Source: Utricularia gibba (lineage: Eukaryota; Plantae; Magnoliophyta). Taken from it: a stretch of 64,000 nt of DNA. The stretch lies in assembly GCA_002189035.1 (NCBI GenBank), contig NEEC01000010.1, positions 372,001-436,000 on the forward strand, in the 5' to 3' direction. The position numbers and the translations under genes are program-made. The first letter of the stretch is position 1, and every line of letters begins with the position of its first letter. Shown here one piece after another: positions 50,542 through 64,000 of the stretch. Below the pieces are notes generated by a model. It saw only the letters and a list, made by a program, of their open reading frames with translations. It was not told the origin of the DNA and searched no databases.

Positions 50542-51250
50542 TTTTATGGGTAAGATCGGTATCCGAGATGAGGTCGATTTTAGGGTGATAGATGAGGTCG
50601 GTTTTAGGGTGATAGATGAGGTCGGGAATATCGCGCTTAGTTGTGTTTTTCGTGGTTGGTTCGGCCTGATCGATTGAAACAAGAGTGGAAACCGCCGGAT
50701 GACAGAAAAACCACGGAGCTATCAGAGCTCACCGGAGAAGATTTTCACTAGTAGGAGGTGGCTAAGAAGATGATACCAGCTGAAGAGTTCTTAGGATCCA
50801 ACCCTTTTTCCATAATGGTTCCTTCTATTTATAGAAGAGCTCATTCTGGCCGAATCCTGACGTTTGTCAATATCGGTTGCTTTCTCCCCCTACTATATAA
50901 TCTCTCTTTTCAGATATCGGCCGCCTGCTATGCCGTAATTTGGCCGCTTTTCAGACTGTGCCATACGGCCATATCTATTAGAATCAGACGGATATCGGTC
51001 TGTCGTCTAGCATTATCTCTTTAGAGTCTCTTTTGGCAGCCTTTTAGGAACCGATTACGCTCTACTGATTTATCCTCCATCATTCAGCCCCTCTGATTTG
51101 CCGATATTGGCCCTTTTGGGATAAGTCGGGGAATTAGAATTACTACAACGCCGATTTCTGAGGTGCCACTTTCCACGAATGAGCTGCAAACTGCTTTGGC
51201 CCGACACCTCTGTCACGTGTCAGCTCATCAACATGCCACGTTTTTTCCTG
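50542..51250 (-). mobile_element. Truncated Tat element: 3' LTR, PPT and start of the 3' UTR
   Basis: LTR about 50542-51082, followed by TTCAGCCCCTCTGATT and UTR colinear with 16808-16937 plus 17827 onward. Confidence 0.85.
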
Positions 51251-52269
51251 CTCATTTTGGGCATCTCAAACGTCACGTCGCTTTGTCTCCCGAATATCTC
51301 CATTATAAATATGTGCACCCCCTGTCCTTTCTCTCCTCTGCATTCTTTGTTCTCTCACGAGATTCCAGCGTTCTTTGAACTCCGTCGTGTTGCTCACCGT
51401 AGACTACACATTTTCCAGGTATCCACGCCCTCTCCACAACTTTTTGCATTTCTGATTCTGCTTACTCTCTGTTACAATTTTTTTTATTAAAAGCACAATG
51501 TCCGTTTGATCTATTTTTTTTTTAAAAACTTGTTTATTGATTTAGTTAAATAGATTTTAATATTATTTTTTTAGTAAAACATGCTATAATTTCTATTGTT
51601 TTAATATTTTTTATCTTTAAAATATTTATTGTATCTATATTTTCATACTTATAATGTTGCATTATTTCATTCTAATTGTTGATTACAAAATTCAGTATTC
51701 ATTTTTTCATCTAATGGAGTATTTTAATATGTTGATTTCTTAGTTTCATCTTGAAAAACAGAAAATTCTAATGAAAACACAAACAAATCTACATTGAAAT
51801 CATTTTCATAATGACAGTATCGAATCGTATCCAAATTTTGAAATTTTTTTAAAAAATAAGAAACTTTAGTATTTAAATGTTAAAAATCAGCAAACTTCGA
51901 TGTTTACAATGTTGGTTATTTAACAAGTATATGGAGTCAAAAGATAATATTTATAAAAGCGAATGGGCCAAAACATTATAATTTACAAACAATGTGACCA
52001 TTTTCACCAATTAGTTGGGTTATTTCTGCCCATGCTACAACCGGTTTAGGTTATTATTGTCGAACCGGAAATAACGTGGGTTTAAACAGAATATCTTGTA
52101 AAACTAAAGATGTCAATTTAAAAAACTATTGGGTCAAAAGAGTATTATATATAAAATTTGTTGGGTCAAAATTGTATTATTTAAAAACAATGTTACCATT
52201 TTTGCCAATTAATTGGGTTATTTACATCTAACACATTAACGGAAAAAAATAATTAAGTCATTTTTATCA

Positions 52270-53093
52270 TTTTGAGTTCTTCCTCCCCTCAAGGAGGAAG
52301 AACACTTAGTTTCCTTTTCGTTTCTGTTTCTATGGCCCTTTTGGGCTAAAAACCTTTAGTTTTTGGGAAGTAGATGAAGTTTCCTTCCAAGTCCTGAGCA
52401 ATACACTCGGTTCTTCACTGAATTCCATTCAGATTCCGCATACTTCCACGCGTCTTGTTACAGTCTTTCTGTAACGACTCTTAGTCAAGGTCCATGAGTA
52501 GCAGGCTACTTCTCGCGGATTTTGGTGAAGATCAAGGTGAAGAGCACCAACTCCAACCCTACTGGTTCGAGGGAAGTAGCAGATTGTTTGTGGCCTAGGT
52601 ACCGCGACAGTGGACAGGTTGTGACCTCGGACCTACCACTGGCCATTGGCAACAGCTGGGCACACGCGCACAATTCGGTTTTGAAGGCAATCGAAGGCAA
52701 TCCTCTTGTCTTCCTAATCGTCCAAGGGGGAATCACATGAGGCTATTCCCGTGCCTCCTTGTCAATCAGAGTGTAAGGGAGAGTAGGCTATTCCTTGCTC
52801 CTATAACCAGCTATTCGGAAGAAATCAGTGAAAACCGAGGCAAGGATGGACAAAGGAAGGAGATGGAGTCTTATTCCCAGGAACTGCATCCCGTAGTCAA
52901 GGTCCATTACTTAGGTTGTATCTTTCATTTCTGCATCTTAAAAACCCCCTTTTACAAAACGTGACATTTTGTAGAAGTTGCTTGCAAACACTTTTCACGA
53001 AAAACAACTCTCTGAGATCGATACTCGTACTACGCTTTCTAGTGTTTTACGTTTTAAAATATTTAAAATTTGTTGAGGAAACGACACGCAACA
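52270..53093 (+). mobile_element. 3' two-thirds of an Athila-family LTR
   Basis: Near-identical reverse complement of 12109-12940; ends CACGCAACA. Confidence 0.88.
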
Positions 53094-53329
53094 AAGGTTG
53101 ATTAGTAATTTCTTCCCTTTTCACCCCAAGGCACCCCTCTAAATGCTTAGCCACTTATAATAAGGAAAAAGAAAACATTTTCATAACATATTCTAAGCAA
53201 CATTCTGGTCTCAAAGTTAAACAACAACAAATAGTACATAATAGAAACAGAGAAGCCAAATGGTTCATGCAGTAAAACTAAAACTAGTATCAGCTACGAA
53301 CAGTGTTCTTCAAGAGTAGAAGAAATCTT

Positions 53330-55155
53330 TAGAGGCGAGCTTGGATCATGGTTTCATCTTCTTCGTCCTCTATGGTACTCTCTCCTTCCAGATATCCCCT
53401 CCCATAATTGTTTTTCGTGTTCTTCAATGGGGAGATATTTTCTCTTTCCTCATTATTTTCAAAATTCTTTTCTTCTCTTCCTTGGGATTTAATTGTACTT
53501 TCTTTAGCTTTTTTTTCATATCCTCTGCAATTTCACTATGCCCTTTTCAGCTTCTAGAGAATTGAGTTGGCCGGCAATTGCTGCATTGCTCCAGAAAACA
53601 ATTAAAACTGAGTTAGTTGGCCAACTAGGAATAAAACATGCGACTGCAATACTAGTTGCAAAAGCATAGAAATTTATGTTAGAACTTGAGTTTTGTGGCA
53701 AAATATTAGACATTTTCCTATTCCTAAACACTCAAAAATATGTGTTATCACATTATGCTACAATAACACTAGACTTGTCCTCAAGTCTAAATTAAGACTA
53801 ACAAAATCCTGAATTCAAAATCATTCAAGGTGAATAGACGTGACGAACCCATGAGTTCAGATGCATGAACCATAGGTGTGCTTGTGTGCGAAACATTTAA
53901 CACTCGAGTAGGTATGAATAAATTCTCCTTGGAGAGTCCATTCAAAGATTAAAACCATAAGTTAACATATTCAAAGCAAGTTAAAGATCGTGACAGCCAA
54001 CTCATTGTATTGTTTTTCTTGTTTTTCTCTCCTTTTTACATATATGAAATAGTGAATGAATAGTATTTCAGAATTCATTTAGGCATAAAATTTCAAGATC
54101 CCCTAATTTAAAGAATGTTGGCCAAGCACTCTCACCTTATAACACCGGGTCTTGTTCTACTCCTCCAAACAAATTCATCCTTGCTCATTCATTCACTTCT
54201 CAATGAGTTTGCATATGCTTTTCAATTGTATGCTGCTTTTATGGACCCACATTCTCTTCATTTTTTTTCTACTTTATTGGCAATCACTAATCTTTGTATC
54301 AATGAAATTTATCAACTCACGTAAACAAATATAGATTGCACTCTCTAGGTTCCTCTAATCATACTTGCACTCACAAAAAAAAGAAGATTAAGAATAATGC
54401 TCACAAGGGTTCAAAAGGATTCAAACAAAGCTCATGCATCCTTATCATCACAAAATCATCATATTCAATCATTGAATCATTCGAAGTAGAGCCTACCATC
54501 ATATAAAAATGCAACATACAAGCAAATAATTCCTAACATAGACTAACACTAAGGCTATGCAATACAATAAACAAAATAAAAATAAAATAAAAGCAATAGT
54601 AGCAGTGGTTACTAGACCAGGGAGGAGTCATTCACTCCCTATTTCAGCTCTTTTTCTTCCTGAAGCAAGTCCCCAAGGTGACCAACATTTCAAGCTTCCT
54701 TAAGTTGCACAAAGGGAGTAGAAGCATGATTGATTTGTTTTACCATTGGCACACATTTTATAAATTCCTGCAACTGACTTAGAACAAATCTATTTTCCTT
54801 GCATTGTTGGTCCATGAGAATTCAATATTAAACATTAAACTTGATTCTCATGTCAACATAAAAAAAACTAAATCATGAACTCTATCAACATATGTGCAAG
54901 AATTGTAACAATCTAACAATAACCATGTTGTGCTAATTTAAAAATAAAAGCCATAAACATTAATTAGCACCATTTCTTGGAAAAAATAAACCATGATTTT
55001 CAGCGTACTTAGAACTAACTCCAATCAGGGACAAAATGCAACAAAAGTATTTGAAACCTAATCAATTAAAATAAATCGGAATACTGAAAATAAAATGCGA
55101 AATAAAGCTTAGCTATGGGTTGCTTCCCACAAGCATTCCTATTTATAGTCTCGTA
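53330..55155 (-). mobile_element. Athila internal non-coding remnant
   Basis: CTTGTCCTCAAG (3' UTR motif also at 9563) and GGGTTGC.TCCCAC (post-integrase motif also at 13484). Confidence 0.55.
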
Positions 55156-55156
55156 C

Positions 55157-55560
55157 TCAACTCTCTTTGAGGCTACGTGAAGTATCAAATTCCTTAAATC
55201 CATGTAACCAATTACATGCAAAAATAAGAGATTGCACCGTATTCGGAAGTAACCTACTTCTATACTTACTCAAAATGTGCCTTCCAATACTAAAAGTAGA
55301 CTCTAAAGCACTTGTGGTCATTGGAATACTCAAAATATCTTTTGTCATTACTACTAATTTAGGAAAACGATAACCGTGTTCCAATAACTGTAGTCATTAC
55401 CCCCCCCCCCCCCCAAGGCCCATTGGGCTTTTGGGGCCTAAGCCCAATCAGCCCTAGGGACTTTGGGCTCAAAAGCTCGATCAAGTTTCGGGTCATCAAT
55501 ATTTAGGCCCAAGCCCGATTTTTTTAGGGTCGAGCCAGGCCAGCCCATGGATTTGGACTT
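55157..55560 (-). mobile_element. hAT transposase dimerisation-domain remnant with GGGCC/GCCCA subterminal repeats
   Basis: RFPKLVVMTKDILSIPMTTSALESTFSIGRHILSKYRSRLLPNTVQSLI..NWL. Confidence 0.85.
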
Positions 55561-58500
55561 AGACTTTTACCCTTCTCACATGATTTAATGAAAAGGTATT
55601 ACTTAGGTCAAGATGTTATAACTTGATATATAAACTTATGGATCAAACTAAAGGGAGTTTCAAATTCAGAAACTCGAAGTGCATCATATACATATTAATT
55701 AAAAATATGACATGCTCACTTTGCAAGTTGTGGATTCATAGATACCTTCAAGGTTGATACCGCATAAAAATTATTTGAGGCATTATTAAGCTTATACAAA
55801 ATACACGATTTATTATATCAAATTCAAAATCTACATTTGTAATTTTTGTGCACCAATGTGGATCTCAATGGCCTAAATGTCAAAATCCTTATCTTCATTA
55901 TCCATTTTTTATCAATGCATGAAATAGTATTAACTATGTAATCCTTATCATTACAAACACAACAAGAGTCAGCAATGAGACCAAATATGCATTTCATAAA
56001 GGCACTTAATGAAATTAAACATGCTTTTTCATTCAATTGGTTAAATGGTATTCTAATTGCTTTTCTTCTTATAAAGGGAAGAAAAGAATTTGGTATTTTT
56101 GTTTTATAAAACAAGTTACATAATAGTTTTCAACATCATTCAAATATTTTTCACTAACAATGAGAACAAGGACATATTCAATATGAGAATATTGTATATT
56201 AAATACAATTTGGATATAGAAGAAATACTTGAAGAACCATCTTCCATAATCAACATTTTGTGCCTAGTATCATGAAATAGTTTATCCATTAGATACTTTT
56301 TTATATTGCACAAAAAATTGTTAGTTGCTCCCAAATACCATGTTGATAAGAAGCTCGACAATATTTACAATACACTGATTTTTTCTTCATCATAATTAAA
56401 ATGATCATATCAAATTGATTTTATTTTTTTGGTAGAACAATAACTGTTGATATGATTCTCTTGACTAAAATTTTCTAATTAATCAAATAATTCAACAAAT
56501 AAATTTTGTGGAATTGATCTATTATTGATTTCATCCATATATTTAATAAACTCAATTTTTTGAAAATTCTAATATAACAATTCTCTATATTAATACCCTA
56601 AACGACCACAATAATGTAAAAAAAAATTAAATTTAACAATCATACTTCGTAAAATCACACAACAACAATAAAAAAAATACAGATACATAAAAATGGAAAT
56701 AGTATACAAATAACTTTCAAAATGGCATAAAAATACGAATTGAAACAGCACAGAATAACAGGAAAAATATGAATCAAAATAAGAGAAAACAAATGAAATA
56801 CGTATTGGAATTTAGTCAAGATTTAAATCCTAGAAAAAAGTTAGAAATTGCAAGATGGAAGTGAGCGACAAGAAAATAAAGAGTGAAAATTGATGAAGAA
56901 ACTTCTGGTTGAATAATCAAAACAAGAAAGAAGAGATTAAGAAAGTTGGAAAACTATGGTTGAAATTGAAAGAATAATTATAACGAGTGTATATCATTAA
57001 AAAATACGGATTAATTTGGATCAAGATAAAAAATACTTAAGATATTTTTTTTATAATTTCAAAATTTGAAAATTAAATTTTTTACCTTGATCACAACTTG
57101 AGGCATTTTTTTAAAAAAATTTTCTCCTCCTAAATTATATATCGTCATTGGCAACACCTCACAAACTTGCGCATAACTTACCTTTTCCTTTTCCAAATAC
57201 GATAGATAATACATGACACGTCGTGTGCCCGCATCTATCTACATAGTTACCCATCGTCATCCTTATCATATTAGTGTGTGGTGTTCCACTCATGTGGATC
57301 CTATTTAATTATTTACATCGAGAGGCGCAAAAGTACAGCTATCGAGGACTTGACATGACTTGTGCGTACTCGCCCACGTAAACTAACTTCGGGTATGCTT
57401 CTTCTCTTCCTCTTACTCTAACTCCATCCATGGAGATAGGAACACCCAACCCTCCTCAAAACACCATATCAACATACAAGAACAAAATATGTGCGAGTTA
57501 GCATAAGTTTCGTTTATCCCGACTGTAAGTTGAGGTTTCAGCGCACTAATTTCGACCCCATTTTCAAACATTCGAAGTTAGCATTGTGGGAAAATTTATA
57601 GGAAAAGATTTTTACAATGACAAACAATGACCTTGCTGATGAAATTGTATCCGATGAGGCAAGGCATATTGATAATCTTCTAAATATAATGATATTTCAA
57701 AATATCAATATCATATTTGAACCGTATCCAGCAATGTATCTATCTCTCATCTATTTATAAATAAGTTTTGTATGATTTGAAATGTGCGAACATCTGCTCA
57801 CGAGGACACGGCAAGGGACTTTTCCATGATTTGAGGCAGGATCCAGATCGACTTCTTAGAGCCGTTTGGAGGAGATCTTATACATGGTTTATATGCATAA
57901 CACCATGTTTGGTATTGTCATTCAATTTTGGTTGCTTACTACATTGCATTCAGTTCTAGTAAAAAACCAAACATATTTAGATCTTACTTGTTACATTGTA
58001 AACTCGAGTATAATATTATCTTGTATATTGAGCCCTACTCGTTTTTCCTTTGAATTTTTGAGTTATCAAAGTTCGTGTCTTTACTTACGGATGCTTTGAT
58101 CACAACCACCATCTACGCAAATACATCGAAAGTAACATAGATGAGATTTTAATCAACTTGAAAGGATTAAAAATCAACATGGGTTTCCAAGACACAAGAA
58201 TACCAATATTATCCCTATTGATCATAAATATCGAAATGGTGCCCAATATAGATATATATGTATATTATACAACTAAAATTATTGTTAGAATGATTAAGTT
58301 GGTTTATGCTGTGCTAACAACCAAAGGATCACCATCAGTCCAGCCGTTTGGTGGCGTGCATCCATCTATCACAGTATTATTTTCCACCCATCTCTCGGAC
58401 CGGGAATATGTGATAATTGATTGTGCAATTTGTCATATGATTTTGAGTGCTCACCTTCTTCCACCCTTTTAATTCATACGATTATGAAAACAGTCGAAAT

Positions 58501-58736
58501 CGCTATTATTCAAAAAAGGCCTTCTTTTTATAAAAATAATTTATCTTTTAGCTTTTGAATTTTGGACTGCGGTCAAGCCGCTGTTGACACCTTTTGGCAT
58601 GATCCAAAATCTCCAATGACCAAATTACCCTCGCCAACCTCCATTATCCATCCATCAATAACAAAATCAAGGGAAAAAAATTCCCTTCTGTTTTCGTGGA
58701 TGTGGCGCCAATGTTGTATTGGTTGCTCCTACCATC

Positions 58737-58914
58737 CACGTGTCTGACCCGGATTGGTCCAAAGCTGACATAATACCGAACACCATGAATGCGAGAAGAT
58801 ATGTGTTCCATGCAACCACTGCATGTCGTAGGTCTTATCGCATTAGCTGTACTCCATCCGCTTCCCTAATCCCGCGCGCCCTCCGCCGCCACCCCTCCGA
58901 TCACTCTATAAATA
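58737..58914 (+). promoter_or_regulatory. XTH proximal promoter: G-box/ABRE (CACGTGTC, 58737), CGCG box (about 58872) and TATA box (58907-58914)
   Basis: Motifs are read directly 75-250 bp upstream of the ATG; function is inferred. Confidence 0.5.
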
Positions 58915-58987
58915 TCACACCTCGACCTCCACTTCAACTTACAAACTCAACCACCCACTTGGGAGGTGCAGAATAGCAAGCGCAAGT

Positions 58988-60007
58988 ATGACACCATCAA
59001 TGACTCATGTTACGGATGTCATCGTCTTGGCGCTTCTCCTGCTGTCTAGATTTGGGTCGGCTTCGAGTCTCGACCAGAGTTTCGACATAACGTGGGGAAA
59101 CGGGCGGGCCAAGATTCTCGGCGGCGGAAACCTGCTGACGCTGTCTATGGACAAGGCTTCGGGCTCAGGCTTTCAGTCCAAGAATGAGTTTCTGTACGGG
59201 AAGATCGACATGCAGATTAAGCTCGTCGCCGGCAACTCCGCTGGCACAGTCACCGCCTACTACGTACGTACTCAGAAACTACCTTGTACTGTCTCCTCCA
59301 CACGTGCTTCTTTCCAATTCTCATGTAACTGCCATCCAACTAACCTTCCTTTTGATGTTGCAGCTCTCGTCGTTGGGGGCGAACCACGACGAGATAGACT
59401 TCGAGTTCCTGGGGAATCTCAGTGGCCAGCCGTACACTCTGCATACAAATGTATTCGCACAAGGGAAGGGAGGAAGGGAGCAGCAGTTTCGCCTCTGGTT
59501 CGATCCTACACAAGACTTCCAGACTTACTCCATCCTCTGGAATCCACGTAGCATCATGTAAGGCAGCAGCAGAGCTCATAGATGTCGGGTGATTTCAAGG
59601 AGGCATACATACCGTACTGATGCGTTGCTTGAAACAGATTCACTGTAGATGGGACGCCAATCAGGGAGTTCAAGAACCTGCAATCAAGGGGAGTGCAGTA
59701 TCCAACGAGCCAGCCAATGAGAATTTACGCGAGTCTGTGGGATGCGGAAGACTGGGCAACCAGAGGAGGACTGGTTAAGACGGATTGGGGCCAAGCTCCA
59801 TTCACGGCTTCCTTCAGGAATTTCAATGCTTTGTCTTGTTCAAACTCATGCCAGAATTCTCCTGCGAATTCCTGGTTTTCACAGTCACTGGACGCTGCAG
59901 GGGCACAGAAAGTGAAATGGGTGCAGCAGAACTACATGATATACAACTACTGCACCGATCGCCAGCGCTTTCCACAGGGCCCCCCTGTTGAATGCTCCAT
60001 TGCTTGA
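58988..60007 (+). CDS. XTH: Xyloglucan endotransglucosylase/hydrolase (GH16, TCH4/XTH22-23-like), 279 aa; exons 58988-59263, 59364-59557, 59638-60007
   Basis: Signal-peptide-like N-terminus; [10 protein letters not shown] catalytic motif with the adjacent NLS glycosylation site; C-terminal [18 protein letters not shown]; splice phases are consistent. Confidence 0.96.
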
Positions 60008-60390
60008 TTCCGGGACTCAATGTGTGTAGCATAAGTTCGCAAGCTGCCAGCTGTTATCATATCAGATCAAAACAGATACTTGTATGCATACGCTTAATTC
60101 TCACATATGGATCCATTCGTGGGACCTCTTACCTGTGTCATCATTCAGACATATAGTATATGAAAGGAACTATCTCTATGTTCTCTTCAGATCCAACATT
60201 ATGGAAATGAATTGAAATCTCAAGGAAACCTCGACGTTTCAAATAAGCCATCATCATTCAAATGAAAAAAATCCTCGCACATGTGGGGCTACCGAAGGAG
60301 ATTATATCTTGCAAGTGAAGATGAAAATACACATAATAAAGGAATTACGCTGGAAACTAGCTTAAATGAAGCAGGTGTATGAAAGGCGGG

Positions 60391-62345
60391 CTAAATATCC
60401 GAAGCCTCTCCATAATGCCAGGAGACCACAACCTTATACAACAAGCTACCCCCAAAAGTGTCCAAGGCACTACCAACAGTGACATCTATCCTGCCTACTC
60501 CAGCAAATTTTATGGTCTGTAGATCAGCCATTGTGATAACTCCATAGGCATACGTTCACCAGAATCTGACTTCAATAAAAGTATCCAATGAGAGTCGAAT
60601 TCCATATATGCATGTTTCTTTTATGCCGAATAAGCAATTTGAAGAGGCATGAGTGATACTAACACTACTGCAAAACATAGAGTAATAAAGCTTTGCAACC
60701 CAGGTCAATGTAAAAGTCAGCAAAACAAGCAGTCCATACGATAAAATGAAACGCTAGCTCTGCAACCGAGGATACAAATGTTTACTCCAATTTGAAATTT
60801 ACCTACTGGAGGGCATCTGCGACCAAAACAACAAGTTCTTCATCTATTCCTAGCCTTGATACCATGTTTGATGCACAAAATCAGGGACCAAACCTAGGAA
60901 CCAAAGTTCTCTTTCTCTACTAAAAGCATTGTCTGAACTAAAATCTAATCTTGCAATAAACCGTTTTTTGGGTGTCAGCACTCATTTTTTTCCCTCAATA
61001 TCAATTCCATGCACAAGGAACTCATCCGCATACTTGGCAAACAGCAATTGTTGATCAAGAAAAACATCAGTGAAATTTTTCCATCTATCCCTGACAACTG
61101 CATATCTACCCCCCAGCATAAACCCCTTAAGTTAATGGGGAATGCATATGACTGCTATATTTCCTCTCTTGAAAAAGGACCTTGATCAAGATCCTAGTAT
61201 TATACATCTAGATTAAGCACGTCTTCAGAAAGAAAAAAACCTTTTTTCTGGCAAATAAGATTCAATACAAGTCCCTGTTTACCCAAAACACAGGGCGCTT
61301 CTTTCAGCCTTTCAAAATCAACTTGCTAACCACTGAGTCACTTAGAGATAGAGCAATAAAATAAGCATCCAAAGAGGCAGTAAGATGCATATGCAAAATC
61401 ATTTACAATGTTTAATTAAGCATAAAATGCTAAGGGTAAAATTAATAAGCCTATTAACCTCTTGTTTATGTTTACCTCATGCTAAGTGGCATTTGCTATC
61501 TTCAATGGATTCCATTTTCTAGTTTTTATATTCTTTGACTTAGCAGGAAACAATAGAAATACAAGCTCTGAGCAATAAACTCCCCTAATATTCCAAAACT
61601 GTTGGCAGCAACATTTACGAATCAGAAATTGACTAACCCCAAGTCACTATCGTATTCTCAACATGTAACCAAAATCCAATATTGAACAGGAGCAGCATGA
61701 AATTATGTTTTCTTGGCAGTCCACATGAACCACTAGAGAATACAATTTTGGCCTCCCTATACTGATGTGAGGATTCACTGACGACTAAGAATGTTTAAGA
61801 AATTTGTCTACTGATCTAACAGTGATATGGCTTGCCCCCTCATCTATCTCAAGGCGTTGTTGGGACAGATACCACCTCGGATTTGCAAGCCACCTATATC
61901 TTTATGATTGAGATACGGCCAATGGATCTCTCAGTTAAATGCTTCAGAAACAGTAGACCCAGCATATCAGGAAATGCATGTAATTCTTCAACAGCTGCGG
62001 ACTTACTCAGTGGATCAGCCCCAAACATGATGACATGACCACCAGCAGGTCCATCATTCTTATACAATTTAGCATGTTCCTCAGCCGTAAGAATTCTCCA
62101 TTTTAGAATCTCCAAGAGTGGATCTAGCAACCTGGTTCACCTTACCCTGAAGTAAGTTTCAAACATTCTCCTCAACCGCCAACTAGAGAGACTGAATCAG
62201 GAATGGGTTCCTCATCCACAGACACCATATTCATTAACGCAATAGGAAGAACCAATGCTGCAAATAAAATCGGACCCTGTGAATATATCAATACAAGGGC
62301 GAAACAGAAGCCCACAACGAACCGATAGTTTTGTGATTCTGTGAA
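60391..62345 (-). pseudogene. HISN3: HISN3 (BBMII isomerase, HisA/His6-type) unprocessed pseudogene
   Basis: FRPCIDI; [11 protein letters not shown]; [25 protein letters not shown]; GGLQIRGGI; EGASHI; [25 protein letters not shown]; LGIDEELV; [21 protein letters not shown]. Frameshifts, deletions and a GT-to-AT donor mutation near 61969. Confidence 0.9.
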
Positions 62346-62879
62346 ATGAAATGCACCATATGATTACAAATACGGGCGTTCATTACACGACAATTACCGT
62401 AAACCAATCAGCAGGAGGGCGAAGACGGAACAAAAAGCATACTTGGACCCACGCGTGGTAACGTATCAACATGTGTTCACCTTCCAGGGGTAATTACCCA
62501 AGAAAGTGTTTCCCGAGTAAACTTGCCCGGCAGATGAGAAAAATGCTCATTGCAGAAACTTCAATGAAAATTCTGTAACTGTATGTTTATTGATTTTCAG
62601 AAAAGTTGAGGTGACTTTCTTTTATTAAATTTACTTTATGAAATTTTTTAAATTACTTTATAAATTTTCAAAAACATTCTTTACAATTTAAAATCTAAAT
62701 TTCATAATATTAAAACATTTTCAACACAAAACATAATATGAAATTAGTTGATTAACTACTAATCATAGAATACATCAATTTAAATTAATCCAAATATGTT
62801 CGATCAAATTTTTTTTCAAGCGATTGAATACTGCTATCACAAGAATACTTCACTCAATCTAGATAATTTTACATATTCA

Positions 62880-63900
62880 TTCCAATATCTTTGTAACTTA
62901 CTAAGGGTTGGATTATTATAGATCAATCATATCCATCTATATCAGTATCTCCAAGAATAAAATGTACTTCACTTTCAACAATCATATTATATAGTATAAT
63001 AAATGCATACATGATATCCTGAATTGACTTTGCAATATTCCAAAAGTAATTTCTATGTCTTTTTTAGTACTCTCTTGGAATTGAGCAAAAAGATGTACTT
63101 TTTGTCCCTATGAAAGTGTAATAGATTTCATGAGCAAAGCTCAATCAAAATAAATGTCATTAACCAAATAATATTTCATGTCATAAATAGAACTATTTAT
63201 TGTGAATTGTACTTGAAGGGCAACATCATTATGCAATTCATTTAGTAATGAAAAATGCCATAAAACATTGAGATTATTATTCACCTATCATTCCAAAAAA
63301 AACATGTCAAATCCACGTACCTGCAGAGGCTACTGCTTCTAACATGAGTCATATTTTGCGATGATCATCACACTGAAATTGACTATGTCATGCAATTGGA
63401 TAATTTTTTAATTCCCAATGCATACAATCCACATTATCAAGCATGTTTGGAAAGCCCCAAGATTATGCTTAAGCAAGCAAAACTTCCAAATCTTCAACCG
63501 TAGAAGCTCTCAAATATTATTTTAAAAAACAAATACGAATAGCAATAACATAATGCTATATACATTGAATAGCTGTTGTCTCTCCAATTCGAATATATTC
63601 ATCTACACTATCACCACAAGAACTAAAAGGTAACATACGTATAGCAACTATGCACTTTTGCAAAGAGCTTAGCCCTAAATGACCTGTGCAATCCATATTT
63701 TCTTGAAAAAATGAATCCTTACTTTGGAAAGTCTCAACTATTCTTACAAATAAATATATTTTCATTCGAAATCTCCTACGGAATTGTTCATATGTGTAAG
63801 TTGCATCATTACAAAAATAATAAGCCACCAACCTTTTATGTCCTAGTTCACAATTGCGCTTCACACGTTGGCGTGATCGTCACTGTCTTGAGGTTTCTTA
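62880..63900 (-). mobile_element. PIF/Harbinger transposase remnant
   Basis: FRRRFRMK..LFVRIV..LSSLQKCIVAIRML..DEYIRIGETTA; GFPNMLDNVDCMHWE; KKDIEITFGILQ. Confidence 0.9.
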
Positions 63901-64000
63901 TTGCTCTGCATGTATTTCATTACGGATGAAATCAATCCCTATGAATGATCACTGTATAATCAATATAATTTTTTTATGAAAAACTCCAGTGCATGACTCC

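Noticed and set aside
50566-50624. Telomere-like TTTTAGGG motifs
   Set aside because: Part of a local 24-bp tandem duplication in a Tat LTR, not an interstitial telomere array.
55400-55414. C15 homopolymer
   Set aside because: Sits at a junction within the hAT remnant; length is unreliable in assemblies and there is no functional evidence.

Overview
Angiosperm (plant) nuclear DNA: a few host genes embedded in a dense nest of decayed transposons. All calls were made by eye, by manual translation and alignment, with family assignments from remembered consensus motifs; no searches were run. Host genes: an MDL1/MIF-like tautomerase (2298-3204, with a 1-bp frameshift), a bHLH35-like transcription factor (minus strand), a head-to-head uncharacterised coiled-coil gene, an AHL16/TEK-like AT-hook gene, an intact XTH, and an intron-retaining HISN3 pseudogene. 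Transposons: a gag-less Tat/Retand LTR element (16297-25155, TSD AAGAC) with a spliced antisense ORF, many Athila and Tat solo LTRs with readable target-site duplications (TSDs), Copia, hAT and PIF/Harbinger remnants, and three Mutator-like (MULE) remnants. The best candidate for a new system is a long-TIR MULE (about 27248-33905). Its second gene fuses a Tat-retrotransposon Transposase_28-type domain, a coiled coil and an FCP1/NIF (HAD) phosphatase-like domain. An independent, diverged copy of the coiled coil-FCP1 part lies at 7981-9030. Both are associated with arrays of 32-bp palindromes that share their outer half-sites. A second candidate is an ancestrally coding ORF inside the LTR of the local Athila family. 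All transposon-borne genes here are decayed, so function has to be tested on intact copies elsewhere in the genome.
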